Assembly: GCA_964388245.1 (NCBI GenBank)
Contig: CAYLZH010000006.1
Location: 1-36,905, forward strand
Source: an uncultured Bacteroidales bacterium
Lineage (GTDB): Bacteria; Bacteroidota; Bacteroidia; Bacteroidales; M50B96
Direction of reading: 5' to 3'
Length of the DNA stretch: 36,905 nucleotides
Shown in pieces: positions 19,377-29,543 of the stretch. Under the pieces are notes generated by a model, which had not been told where the DNA came from, made no database searches, and was given only the letters and a program-made list of their open reading frames with translations. The position numbers and the translations under genes were made by a program. Each line of letters begins with the position of its first letter. The first letter of the stretch is position 1.

Positions 19377-20453
19377 CTATTTTCTTAAATCGAGATAAAT
19401 GGGCAAATGATCGCTATAACCATCATGAAAATTTGGTCCATGATAGGTTCTGTTCGGCTGTTGACCCTGGTACCGGTCATCTTTTTCGAGTAAAAAATCA
19501 TTTCCATCCACACCATAAAAGATATGACTGTCAGAAGGTAAAGTATAAAAACCGGTTGATTTTGACAGCAATGATCCCGACACGATAAACTGGTCGAATA
19601 CATTCCAGTTCCCCTTATATTTCAGGCTACCACGTTTCGCCGGATTATAATGATGAAGGCTCAGATTATATAAGTTATTGATTTCAGGATTTTCAGGCTC
19701 CTTTGCAAGTAGTATATCAACAAGGCTTTTATCGACAGGATCATCGTTAAAATCGCCAGTAATAATTAGCTTGGCATTTGGATTAATTTTAAACAATGAG
19801 TCAGTTACATGTTTTAAACTTTTTGCTGCGGTCAGGCGTTTGGGTTCCGATTTTTCTCTGCCACCCCATCGCGAAGGCCAGTGGTTAACAAAAAAGTGGA
19901 TAGTATCGGTTTTTGCAACAAGACATTTAAAATAAAGGATCTCACGGGTTGGCCGGGCATTTTTATCATCGAAACGAACAGGGATTGCATGATAGTTAAG
20001 TGGTTTTACCTTGTTTTTTTTATACAACACTGCTACATCGATCCCACGCTTATCGGGCGATTCTTTATGAATAATTCCATATCCTGCTTCGGCAAGGGCC
20101 GTATTGTTTACAAGATCTTCTAGCACATTGAGGTTTTCGATTTCGCAAAGGCCAATTAGTTCAGGCAATTTCCATTGTCCCACAGCAGTTATCACCTTGC
20201 TTATATTATTCAGCTTTTTCTGATAGCGGTCGAAGGTCCATTTCTTTCTTCCCTGGGGAAGGAATTCCTCATCGTTTTTCTCAGGATCGTCGAATGTGTC
20301 GAATAAATTTTCAACATTATAGAACATTATCCTTATTTCGCCCCTTTCGCTTGTGGAATTAGTTTGCTTCGATGTTGAACAAGCCGAAAGTAATACTGTG
20401 AGTAAAATACTGCTGAATATAAGGCCTAAAAAGTGTTTTAAATTCTTTCTCAT
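19377..20453 (-). CDS. Endonuclease/exonuclease/phosphatase family lipoprotein
   Basis: Lipobox LSA-C. Motifs FYNVENLFD, NHWPSR, GDFND and SDHLP. Confidence 0.9.
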   Translation of the reverse strand: MRKNLKHFLGLIFSSILLTVLLSACSTSKQTNSTSERGEIRIMFYNVENLFDTFDDPEKNDEEFLPQGRKKWTFDRYQKKLNNISKVITAVGQWKLPELIGLCEIENLNVLEDLVNNTALAEAGYGIIHKESPDKRGIDVAVLYKKNKVKPLNYHAIPVRFDDKNARPTREILYFKCLVAKTDTIHFFVNHWPSRWGGREKSEPKRLTAAKSLKHVTDSLFKINPNAKLIITGDFNDDPVDKSLVDILLAKEPENPEINNLYNLSLHHYNPAKRGSLKYKGNWNVFDQFIVSGSLLSKSTGFYTLPSDSHIFYGVDGNDFLLEKDDRYQGQQPNRTYHGPNFHDGYSDHLPIYLDLRK

Positions 20454-20465
20454 AATGCTTAAATT

Positions 20466-20930
20466 TTATCTGATTCTGTCGTAGGATTTAACCAGGGCTT
20501 CATCAAGCCTTATGCGGTGGTAGGAGATATAGGAAAGCACAAGAGCTACAATAGGTGCTATGTTCACATATCCATAGGTAACTTTTGCTTCAAGTTCCGC
20601 TTTTATCATTGAACTATAGAAATAAATCAGACCGAGCAGGCCAACAATCAATATCATGTTAAAAATTATTAGTCTTCCCTGCAGGTTTCGTTTCTTGTAT
20701 AAGAAGATGCTGACTAAAAAAATAATTCCGATTGCACTTGCCATTATTCCCACAGGAAATGGTTCAACCGAAATTTGTGCACCGGTTTCATTGTAGCTAT
20801 TTACCTGAAACATACATTGTTCATATACTAATTCATCTACCGAAAGGTAATTGGCAACCGGTAAAAAAAACATACTTCCTATCAGTAGAAAGCAAAGTAA
20901 AAGATAAACTGTTTGAATGCGTTGTATCAT
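20466..20930 (-). CDS. DUF4293 family membrane protein
   Basis: MIQRIQTVYL start, four hydrophobic segments and DEALVKSYDRIR end, typical of this Bacteroidota family. Confidence 0.88.
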   Translation of the reverse strand: MIQRIQTVYLLLCFLLIGSMFFLPVANYLSVDELVYEQCMFQVNSYNETGAQISVEPFPVGIMASAIGIIFLVSIFLYKKRNLQGRLIIFNMILIVGLLGLIYFYSSMIKAELEAKVTYGYVNIAPIVALVLSYISYHRIRLDEALVKSYDRIR

Positions 20931-21223
20931 TTTTAAAAATTTTCAGCAAAAATAGGACTTTTAGATGATTAGATTTAAATCGGCAACAGAAAGTTGGAAA
21001 TTATCCTTAAACATATTTTTTGTTTGAATAAAGCCTATGCCTCAAAAATCAGAATAGTATAACATTTTATATTAAAATATAAAAGTAAATTAACCGGATA
21101 ATAAGATTTTTTTGAAGTTACATGTATTTTTTTTATTTTTATCTGAATTAATTAACTGATTTCAACAAGTAAACACCGCGAATACAATTTTAAGGAATTA
21201 GCCTTCCGACAAGATATATTCAA

Positions 21224-22258
21224 ATGGAAATCAATTGCTTCGACAATCTTATGGATATGATTGAAACAAAAGATTCATGTTTACTGCTTGCAGGCGACTT
21301 AGGTTCTTCATGTGAAGGTCCTCCATACGAACTAAATCCTGGTTTGATAAAAGTTTCATTGCAGGGTGAAATGATTTGGGAAAAGAAATTCAGTACGCCG
21401 TATAATGCAGGAACTATGTATTCATTGTGTGATTCTGAAACAGGGGCTTTTTATGCAATTGGCTGTATATTTTCAGATACTACATATCTTGCTTTATATA
21501 AACTAACAGAAAATGCTGATATCATTTGGAAACGAAAGATCTTACTGGAAAATCAATGGATATCAGCAAGCTTTTATGCAATGCCTTATCAGATGGTTGA
21601 AATAGAAGACGGGTTGGTGATATGTGGTATGGCCCGTTATCCTGGATATCCTAAACCATTCTTAATCAGAACCGATTTGGATGGATGCGATGGTTTATAT
21701 AGTTGTCAGGATACAGCAATGCTAATGAATCTGTATTCATGGGAGGACTCCGTTTGTAATGGCGATTCAGTGCTGGTTTCTGTTGCAATCGAAAATGGGA
21801 ATGGTCCTTTCACCGGGATCATAAATCAGGTCGATACAATAAATGAAGAACTATTTATTATGTTTGATACAAGTTCCTTTATATTCTATGCACATCCAAC
21901 TTTAACAAATCCACAGGTTGAGGTAAGTATTATCGATCCAAACGCTCAAGTCTTCAACCAAACGAAATATTTTAATGTTGTTGATTGCAATATTCAAATT
22001 AATAAGATAGAAACTGAAACCAAACTGCGAATTTCACCAAACCCGGCAAATGAGATCATCAGGCTGGATGTCTCACAATATCACAAAAAAAACAGCACTC
22101 TTCAGATATTTAATCAGGATGGAAAGTTAATTGAACAAATTAGGTTAGTCGATCATCAGATGAATCTTGATATAAGCCATTTGCATTGCGGCATTTACTT
22201 TATTAAGCTAATAAACAACACAGTTATAGAGATTACGAAATTGGTAGTAATCCGGTAA
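21224..22258 (+). CDS. T9SS sorting-domain protein, apparently 5'-truncated
   Basis: CTD ISPNPA...GIYFIKL...KLVVIR and beta-propeller-like repeats (LIKVSLQGEMIWEK, LYKLTENADIIWKR, LIRTDLDG). No signal peptide. In-frame TAA at 21191. Confidence 0.7.
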   Translation: MEINCFDNLMDMIETKDSCLLLAGDLGSSCEGPPYELNPGLIKVSLQGEMIWEKKFSTPYNAGTMYSLCDSETGAFYAIGCIFSDTTYLALYKLTENADIIWKRKILLENQWISASFYAMPYQMVEIEDGLVICGMARYPGYPKPFLIRTDLDGCDGLYSCQDTAMLMNLYSWEDSVCNGDSVLVSVAIENGNGPFTGIINQVDTINEELFIMFDTSSFIFYAHPTLTNPQVEVSIIDPNAQVFNQTKYFNVVDCNIQINKIETETKLRISPNPANEIIRLDVSQYHKKNSTLQIFNQDGKLIEQIRLVDHQMNLDISHLHCGIYFIKLINNTVIEITKLVVIR

Positions 22259-22364
22259 CTTGTGTCAACCAGAGGAGAAATATCTGAGAAATCATAAAAA
22301 ATTTCAGGGATTGTCTTATTTGATCTTCAGATAGAGTACAACATCCAATAATCTCTTCTTTCAT

Positions 22365-22394
22365 TTTGCAAAGGGAACGAAATTTATAATTTTG
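22365..22394 (+). promoter_or_regulatory. Bacteroidota housekeeping promoter
   Basis: TTTG (22365-22368), 18-nt spacer, TAATTTTG (22387-22394). Confidence 0.55.
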
Positions 22395-22411
22395 CACCAC
22401 AATCGAATACA

Positions 22412-23593
22412 ATGATAGAAATCCTTAAACATACAATAATGATAACCAGCTTTGTCATGGTGATGATGCTGATTATCGAATACCTTAACGTACACACGAG
22501 GGGTATCTGGAGTAATAAACTACGGCATTCGAAATGGTCGCAATTATTGCTGGCTGCTATTCTTGGAATTACACCGGGTTGTCTGGGTGCTTACACAATA
22601 GTTTCACTTTACACACACAATATCGTTAATTTCGGGGCGCTTGTAACTGTTATGATTGCTACATCGGGCGATGAGGCTTTTATAATGTTCTCGATGATTC
22701 CTGAAGCAGCACTGAAACTTACAATCATTATTTTCCTGATAGCAATTGTAGCCGGATTTATCGTAAACCTGGTAATAAAAGACAGGCAGCCAACAAAATT
22801 CAAGCATTTTGAATTTCCGTTACACGAAGAAACCGATGAGTGTTCATCGCGGGCGCCTGAAAGTTTTTTGCAACGATTCAAACATATCAGCTTCCAGAGG
22901 GCCATTATAATTTTCGGTCTTATCCTGTTTATCATAGGTATTTCATCGGGTGAGCTTGGACACATTCATGGCGAGCCATCAAATACAGCCCTCGACCTGC
23001 CCAACGAAATTGTTCTTGACGATCATCACATTCATGATCATACACACGATCATTCACATGATGGCCACAGTCACGACGATCAGCATGAGCATGAAGAAAT
23101 GGACAGTGCCGGTCAGCATGACCATTCGCACTGGAACTGGATTAGCATAACCTTTTTGTTGGCATCGCTGGTAGCTTTGTTTATTGTCGTTTCAGGTTCC
23201 GATCATTTTCTCGACCATCATCTGTGGGAGCATATCATCAAGAAACATTTTCTGAAAATTTTCCTTTGGACATTCGGAGCCCTTCTCTTGATTCATTTCT
23301 TAATTGATATTCTGCATCTTGAAGACTGGCTAAAATCGAACATGCTGATAATTCTGGTCGTTGCTGTTTTAATTGGCCTGATTCCTGAATCGGGTCCACA
23401 CTTTGTTTTTGTTACTCTTTTTTTTACAGGTGCAATCCCATTCAGCATATTGCTGGCCAGTTCTATTGTACAGGATGGACATGGTGCATTGCCTTTGTTT
23501 GCCGAATCGAAAAGAAGCTTTGCCTGGGTTAAATTAATCAATTTGATTGTTGGATTTGGCGTAGGACTTATCGGTATTTGGGCTGGCTTTTAA
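22412..23593 (+). CDS. Putative heavy-metal (manganese-type, DUF2899-like) transporter with His-rich loop
   Basis: PGCLGA..ATSGDEAF motif and the repeat IPESGPH..QDGHG, about 10 transmembrane segments, central His/Asp-rich tract. Confidence 0.8.
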   Translation: MIEILKHTIMITSFVMVMMLIIEYLNVHTRGIWSNKLRHSKWSQLLLAAILGITPGCLGAYTIVSLYTHNIVNFGALVTVMIATSGDEAFIMFSMIPEAALKLTIIIFLIAIVAGFIVNLVIKDRQPTKFKHFEFPLHEETDECSSRAPESFLQRFKHISFQRAIIIFGLILFIIGISSGELGHIHGEPSNTALDLPNEIVLDDHHIHDHTHDHSHDGHSHDDQHEHEEMDSAGQHDHSHWNWISITFLLASLVALFIVVSGSDHFLDHHLWEHIIKKHFLKIFLWTFGALLLIHFLIDILHLEDWLKSNMLIILVVAVLIGLIPESGPHFVFVTLFFTGAIPFSILLASSIVQDGHGALPLFAESKRSFAWVKLINLIVGFGVGLIGIWAGF

Positions 23594-23604
23594 CGAGAGA
23601 CAAT

Positions 23605-25428
23605 ATGTTTCGATTACTTTTTATCCTGCTTCGTTATTATGTTTTTTGGATTATCTTTTCGATTTTCATGCGGGTTGGTTTTATCGCTTACAATCATGAT
23701 CAAGCAAGTTCATATAGTCTGTCTGAAATTGCAATGACATTTTTATATGGATTAAAGCTCGATCTGTGCATGTCGTCGTATTTCATTTTGATCCCTGTAA
23801 TCCTTTTAAGTATCTCCTTTTTGATGCCGGTTATTGCTATAAAAAGAATTCTCAGCTTTTACACATTTATCTTGATTCTCTTCTCTTCGCTGGTTGCTAT
23901 AACCGATTTTGAATTATACAGGAACTGGGGATTCAGGATGGATAAAACGCCATTGTTGTATCTGAAAACTCCTGGCGAAGCCTTAGCCTCAACTGAAACC
24001 TGGCTCACCATAACCTTGTTTGTTGCCATGAGTGTTGTAAGTTTCATTTTCTATACTGGATACAGAAAATTTGTTGCTTCTTTTTTTGATAAAACCAAGC
24101 CAGGTATTAAAAGCTTACTCCTTATATTTATCATTCCTGTTCTGATTATACCCATAAGAGGAGGATTTGGTGTATCGGTGTTAAACGCCAGTGCAGTATA
24201 TTTCCATACCGCTCCGTTTATAAATCATTCGGCACTCAATGTAGTTTGGAACGTAGGCTACTCGCTTACCACAAACGAAACCGAAAAAAGTTATCCTTAT
24301 TTTGATAATGATAAGGCAATTCAAATTTTTCAGGATTTACAATCGGAAGCCGGTATTTCTAAAAAGGTACTGAACACGAACCGGCCCAATATAATTATTC
24401 TGATACTTGAAAGCTTTAGCTCACGGATTGTTGAACCGCTTGGTGGAATTCCGGGCATTTGTCCGAATTTAAACAGGCTTTGTAGCGAGGGTATTTTATT
24501 CGAATATTTTTACGCTAACGGTGATCGCAGTGACAAGGGCCTTGTCAGCATACTCAGCGGATATCCTGCACAACCTACCAACTCAATAATCAAATTCCCG
24601 GAAAAGACAATGCACCTGCCATTCCTCAGTAAGGAATTGGGAAGATCCGGTTATTCAAGTTCGCTTTATTATGGTGGAGACCTTAAGTTTGCCAATATGA
24701 AATCATATTTTGTAAATGGTAAATTCGATGAAATTATTACAGTTGACGATTTTCCTGATGAATTTAATACCGGAAAATGGGGCGTTCATGACCAATATGT
24801 ATTCGACCGCCTGTTGACAGATTTGGACAAGACCGGCGAGCCATTCTTTAAAGTTTTGTTTAGCCTGAGTAGCCACGAGCCATTTGAAATTCCGATAAAA
24901 GCAAAATTTCCGGGTAGCGATGAAGATAACATGTTCTTAAGTTCAGCATTTTATACCGATAGTTGCCTCGGAAATTTCATCACACAAGCCAAAACTAAAG
25001 ACTGGTGGGATAATAGCATTATTGTTATATTGGCCGATCATGGCAGTTATTTACCCGGCAATGTAAAGTATTATGAAGAAGAAAAATTTAAAATTCCAAT
25101 GCTTTGGTTAGGTGGGGCTTTAAATATTACTGATACAATAATTTCCACCTATGGATCGCAGGTCGATGTTCCGAAAACCCTGTTGAGTCAAATGCAGCTC
25201 AACAATTCAGCATTTGAATTTGGTAAGGATTTGCTTGCTCCGGGTGGCGACAAATTCAGTTTTTTTGTTTTTAACGATGGTTTTGGATTTGCCGATAGTT
25301 CTTTCATATATATTCACGACAACATAAGCGATACAGCCATCTTTTCACAGGGTGATTTAAATATAAAAAACAAGAACAAGGGCAAGGCATATTTACAGAT
25401 CTTAGCGGAAGACTATATGAGGAAATAG
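23605..25428 (+). CDS. LTA synthase family / sulfatase-like membrane protein
   Basis: Five N-terminal transmembrane segments, IRGG, PNIIILILESF, SHEPF and ADHG. ATG at 23605 preferred. Confidence 0.88.
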   Translation: MFRLLFILLRYYVFWIIFSIFMRVGFIAYNHDQASSYSLSEIAMTFLYGLKLDLCMSSYFILIPVILLSISFLMPVIAIKRILSFYTFILILFSSLVAITDFELYRNWGFRMDKTPLLYLKTPGEALASTETWLTITLFVAMSVVSFIFYTGYRKFVASFFDKTKPGIKSLLLIFIIPVLIIPIRGGFGVSVLNASAVYFHTAPFINHSALNVVWNVGYSLTTNETEKSYPYFDNDKAIQIFQDLQSEAGISKKVLNTNRPNIIILILESFSSRIVEPLGGIPGICPNLNRLCSEGILFEYFYANGDRSDKGLVSILSGYPAQPTNSIIKFPEKTMHLPFLSKELGRSGYSSSLYYGGDLKFANMKSYFVNGKFDEIITVDDFPDEFNTGKWGVHDQYVFDRLLTDLDKTGEPFFKVLFSLSSHEPFEIPIKAKFPGSDEDNMFLSSAFYTDSCLGNFITQAKTKDWWDNSIIVILADHGSYLPGNVKYYEEEKFKIPMLWLGGALNITDTIISTYGSQVDVPKTLLSQMQLNNSAFEFGKDLLAPGGDKFSFFVFNDGFGFADSSFIYIHDNISDTAIFSQGDLNIKNKNKGKAYLQILAEDYMRK

Positions 25429-25664
25429 CATTGTACCTTCTTCCAACATCATACAGTTCATAAAACTGAAATCGATAATCATAGTTCATAAATCAAAAAC
25501 AATCCTTCGTTCAACGAAGTTTGGAAACTTTGAGTTTCTCATGTGGTTAATATGACTAGCTACATTTAAAACCGGCAAAAAATAAAATAGTAGTACCGGT
25601 GTTATGTGAATCAACTATTATCTTTTTCAACTATTTTCACCGCTTCATAAATCAGAAAATTAAT

Positions 25665-26030
25665 ATGGAAAAAAGTCATTTTGATTTAATAGGAGAAGAA
25701 AACCTGAAACAGTTGATTGCCGATTTTTATGAAGGTATAAAAACCGACGATGTTTTGCGACCGATGTATCCCGAAGAACTTGAACCTGCCGAAGAACGTC
25801 TGTTCCTGTTTATGATGCAGTTTTTGGGCGGGCCAAAAATTTATCATGAAAAGCGGGGTATGCCACAGCTTCGAAAAAGGCATTTCCCATTTCCGGTCGA
25901 TAAGGATGCCCGTAATCGCTGGATGGACCTGATGAATGCTGCACTGGCAAAAAACAAAATGCCGGAAAGTGAAAAAGAATACTTAGGCGAATATTTTAGC
26001 GAAACGGCTACATTCCTGAAAAACCGATAA
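25665..26030 (+). CDS. Group II truncated haemoglobin (trHbO/GlbO-like)
   Basis: FY (B9-B10), LRPMYP (CD1 Tyr), QFLGGP..Y, LRKRH (proximal His) and G8 Trp in RNRW. ATG at 25665 preferred. Confidence 0.9.
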   Translation: MEKSHFDLIGEENLKQLIADFYEGIKTDDVLRPMYPEELEPAEERLFLFMMQFLGGPKIYHEKRGMPQLRKRHFPFPVDKDARNRWMDLMNAALAKNKMPESEKEYLGEYFSETATFLKNR

Positions 26031-26073
26031 AAGAAAATTGGTGCAGGGTGCATAAAAAATTGCTTTGGTGCTT

Positions 26074-26105
26074 TTTGGTCAGGAAGTATCTGATAGCTAT
26101 ATTTG
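26074..26105 (+). promoter_or_regulatory. Bacteroidota housekeeping promoter of the acyl-CoA dehydrogenase-etfBA unit
   Basis: TTTG (26074-26077), 20-nt spacer, TATATTTG (26098-26105): a perfect consensus match. Confidence 0.7.
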
Positions 26106-26150
26106 TTGAGTTCAAACAAAACACAATCAATAAAATCTAAATCTGATAAT

Positions 26151-27293
26151 ATGAATTTTGAATTTACCGAAGAGCAGATCATGATCCAGCAGGCTGCTCG
26201 CGACTACGCACAACGTGAATTGATAAAAGATGTATTGGAAAGAGATGCAAAAGGCACATTTCCTACCCATCATGTAAAAGCATTGGCCGAACTCGGATTT
26301 TTGGGTATGTTGGTTGCACCCGAATATGATGGCGGCGGAATGGATACGGTATCGTATGTATTGGCGATGGAGGAAATATCGAAGGTAGATTCATCAGTTA
26401 GTGTGATTATGTCGGTGAATAATTCATTGGTATGCTATGGCCTGGAGAGCTTTGGCACTGAAGAACAAAAAGAAAAATATCTTAAACCCTTGGCCAGGGG
26501 CGATAAAATCGGTGCCTTTCTTTTATCCGAACCTGAAGCCGGCTCCGATGCTACAAGTCAGCGTACCTTAGCTGAAGATAAAGGCGATTATTATTTGCTT
26601 AACGGAACAAAAAACTGGATATCGAATGCCAACTCGGCAGGAACTTACCTGGTAATAGCACAAACTCATCCTGAGAAAAAACACCGTGGAATCAATTGTC
26701 TGATTGTTGACCGGAATGCCGAAGGTGTTTCCATCGGACCTCATGAAGATAAAATGGGAATGCGTAGCTCCGATACACACTCGGTAATGTTTACCGACGT
26801 TAAAGTACCGAAAGAAAACCGGATTGGAGTGGATGGTTTTGGGTTTAAGTTCGCCATGAAAACCCTCGACGGAGGCCGGATAGGTATTGCATCACAAGCC
26901 CTTGGGATCGCATCGGGAGCATTCGAACGCGCTGTTCAATATGCAAGGGAACGTAAAGCTTTCGGAACCGAAATAATCAATCATCAGGTTATCGCATTTA
27001 AACTGGCCGATATGGCTGTAAAGATTGAAAATGCCCGAAACCTTTGCCTAAAAGCAGCATGGCACAAAGACCAGGGAAAACCTTATGGTTTACTAAGTGC
27101 AATGGCAAAACAATATGCGGCTGACATTTCAATGGAGGTAACCACAGAAGCAGTTCAGGTACTTGGAGGCTATGGCTATGTGAAAGAGTATCATGTGGAA
27201 CGCCTTATGCGTGAAGCAAAATTAACACAGATTTATGAAGGGACTTCCGAAATTCAAAAAATTGTAATTTCGCGATCTTTAATTAATGACTAA
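26151..27293 (+). CDS. Short-chain acyl-CoA dehydrogenase (butyryl-CoA dehydrogenase-like)
   Basis: LSEPEAGSDA, GTKNWISN, GRIGIASQALG, GGYGY and IYEGTSEIQ (catalytic Glu). ATG at 26151 preferred. Confidence 0.93.
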   Translation: MNFEFTEEQIMIQQAARDYAQRELIKDVLERDAKGTFPTHHVKALAELGFLGMLVAPEYDGGGMDTVSYVLAMEEISKVDSSVSVIMSVNNSLVCYGLESFGTEEQKEKYLKPLARGDKIGAFLLSEPEAGSDATSQRTLAEDKGDYYLLNGTKNWISNANSAGTYLVIAQTHPEKKHRGINCLIVDRNAEGVSIGPHEDKMGMRSSDTHSVMFTDVKVPKENRIGVDGFGFKFAMKTLDGGRIGIASQALGIASGAFERAVQYARERKAFGTEIINHQVIAFKLADMAVKIENARNLCLKAAWHKDQGKPYGLLSAMAKQYAADISMEVTTEAVQVLGGYGYVKEYHVERLMREAKLTQIYEGTSEIQKIVISRSLIND

Positions 27294-27316
27294 GTTTAAC
27301 AAGAAGATTTATATTT

Positions 27317-28066
27317 ATGAAGATTTTAGTGTGTATCAGTAATGTACCCGACACTACAACGAAAATCAAACTGGTTGATAACAATAGTGGATACGACAAA
27401 ACCGGTATCCAATGGATAATAAATCCATGGGACGAGCTTGCACTTACAAGAGCCTTACAACTTAAGGAAGAAGCAGGCAGCCCGATCGAGAAAATTACTG
27501 TTGTTAATGTAGGGACAAAAGAAACCGAGCCAACATTACGAAAAGCTCTGGCAGTAGGTGCCGACGATGCCATTCGTGTCGACTCCGAAGCAAAAGATGC
27601 CTATTTTGTTGCAGGCCAGATTGCCGAAGTTGTAAAAACCAATGGTTACGATATCATCCTTTGTGGTATAGAATCAAGCGACTACAATGGGGCTGCAGTA
27701 GGTGGTATGTTATCAGAGATTCTCGAGATGCCATCAGTATCCTCTGTCTCCGGTCTTTTCATCGAAGATGGCAAGGTAAAACTTAACCGTGAAATCGATG
27801 GTGGATCAGAAGTAATGACTACTCAGGTTCCCTTTGTGGGAATTGTCCAGAAAGGAATTGCCATTGATCCAAGGATCCCGGCCATGCGGGGAATTATGAT
27901 GGCACGTAAAAAACCACTTGTTGTGGTACCACCAGCAGGTATCGAAGCCTTGACTGAATACATCGATTACGAAATGCCTCAGGCAAAATCGGCCTGTAAA
28001 ATGATCGACGAAGAGAATGCTGGCGACATTATCAGGTTATTGCACGAAGAAGCAAAGGCGTTGTAA
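27317..28066 (+). CDS. etfB: Electron transfer flavoprotein beta subunit
   Basis: ILVCISNVPD, INPWDELAL, RKALAVGAD and PRIPAMRGIM. Confidence 0.93.
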   Translation: MKILVCISNVPDTTTKIKLVDNNSGYDKTGIQWIINPWDELALTRALQLKEEAGSPIEKITVVNVGTKETEPTLRKALAVGADDAIRVDSEAKDAYFVAGQIAEVVKTNGYDIILCGIESSDYNGAAVGGMLSEILEMPSVSSVSGLFIEDGKVKLNREIDGGSEVMTTQVPFVGIVQKGIAIDPRIPAMRGIMMARKKPLVVVPPAGIEALTEYIDYEMPQAKSACKMIDEENAGDIIRLLHEEAKAL

Positions 28067-28155
28067 ATGATAAATGATTATTGTTTATTAAATGACTATA
28101 TATTAACAGTAACGATAATCAGCAAAATAGAAATATCATAGATAAAATTAAAAAT

Positions 28156-29121
28156 ATGTCAGTTTTAGTATATACAGAAAATTGGGATGGAAAATTCAAA
28201 AAGTTAAGTTTTGAATTATTATCCTACGCAAGTGAAATAGCTGCCCAAACAAACAACGAGGTAGTAGCCCTGTCGATTGGACAGGTTGAAGATGAGGAGT
28301 TAAAGCAATTGGGTAATTATGGTGCATCAAAAATAATTTCGGTTGATAACTATACCGGACGACTCGATAATCAGGTGTTTTCATCGATCATTTCTCAGGT
28401 TGTGGAAAAAGAAGGTGCAAAAATTATTGTCCTCTCCGATAATTTTACAGGAAAAGCGCTGGCACCGCGAATATCAGCAAAATTAAAAGCAGGATTTGTA
28501 AGTGGTGCTGTTGCCCTACCAGCATCATTCGATCCCTTTATTGTGAAGAAAAAGGCCTTTACAGGTAAAACTTTTGTTCATGTTAAGGTTAATTCTGATA
28601 TTAAAGTTATCAGCCTTACAGGTAATTCTGCTGAAATTAAAGAAACCGGAAATAATGCACAAATTGAAAAATTGGCTGCAACTATTCCTGATTCACAAAC
28701 CAAGGTTCAGGAAGTTAACAAATTAACCGGAAGGATTTTACTTACCGATGCCGAGATAGTTGTATCAGGCGGGCGAGGATTGAAGAGTGCTGACAACTGG
28801 GGACCGTTGGAGGAATTTGCCGAAGTATTAGGCGCCGGTACAGCTTGTTCACGACCTGTATCTGATGAAGGATGGCGGCCACATCATGAGCATGTCGGAC
28901 AAACTGGAAAAATCATTGCACCAAATCTATATTTTGCTTTGGGAATATCAGGGGCTATCCAGCATGTTGCTGGCGTAAGCGGATCGAAGTTTTTAGTAGC
29001 CGTGAATAAGGACCCGGAAGCACCGGTTTTCGAAGTTGCCGATTATGGTGTTGTGGGTGATGTACAAAAAATATTACCTCAATTTATCGAAGCAGCCAAA
29101 GAATTAAAAGCGAATACATAG
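28156..29121 (+). CDS. etfA: Electron transfer flavoprotein alpha subunit
   Basis: [24 protein letters not shown] and NKDPEAP. Confidence 0.95.
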   Translation: MSVLVYTENWDGKFKKLSFELLSYASEIAAQTNNEVVALSIGQVEDEELKQLGNYGASKIISVDNYTGRLDNQVFSSIISQVVEKEGAKIIVLSDNFTGKALAPRISAKLKAGFVSGAVALPASFDPFIVKKKAFTGKTFVHVKVNSDIKVISLTGNSAEIKETGNNAQIEKLAATIPDSQTKVQEVNKLTGRILLTDAEIVVSGGRGLKSADNWGPLEEFAEVLGAGTACSRPVSDEGWRPHHEHVGQTGKIIAPNLYFALGISGAIQHVAGVSGSKFLVAVNKDPEAPVFEVADYGVVGDVQKILPQFIEAAKELKANT

Positions 29122-29190
29122 ATTAATGAATTGCATTACACCCTTTCATTAGAATTGCAATACACGAAATTATTATCATAAAATTTTCAG

Positions 29191-29224
29191 AAGCCCGGAA
29201 ATCAATAATCCGGGCTTTTGTTTT
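29191..29224 (+). terminator. Intrinsic terminator after etfA
   Basis: Stem AAGCCCGGA/TCCGGGCTT followed by TTGTTTT. Confidence 0.75.
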
Positions 29225-29543
29225 AACTTCAGAATCACAGCCATTTTTCTGAAAATCAGGATCAATCTTTTTCGTCAGTTTCGAAAAATTTTTGGGAATA
29301 TGAAATGTATCAGGATTGATACCCAGACAGAACACCTGTTATTAATATCAATTCTAAATAACAACACTGTGCATCGTCTTATTTCCCTGATCCTTATCAC
29401 AAATAAATATAATTAAAGTCATGTTTTACTGCTGATCCTTCCTATACTTTTATCGGCTGAAATTGATATTAATTATCAGGAAAAATCAGATTCAGATAGA
29501 TGATAATAAAATTTATAATAACCAATTTAAACTAAAATGTAAA

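Noticed and set aside
23020-23135. CATGAT/CACGAT-like DNA repeats as a tandem repeat element
   Set aside because: Explained by His/Asp codons in the transporter loop.
25445-25540. AGTTCATAAA repeat and overlapping short palindromes upstream of the globin
   Set aside because: Stems are 6 bp or less in AT-rich DNA and cannot be distinguished from chance.
26151-29121. Clostridial-type electron-bifurcating Bcd-EtfAB for butyrate synthesis
   Set aside because: EtfB lacks the motifs I associate with bifurcating ETFs, and no crt/hbd/thl genes are adjacent. Not fully excluded without phylogeny.
29123-29335. 70-aa minus-strand ORF between etfA and hydC
   Set aside because: It spans the terminator and regulatory region and has no motif. 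Likely spurious.
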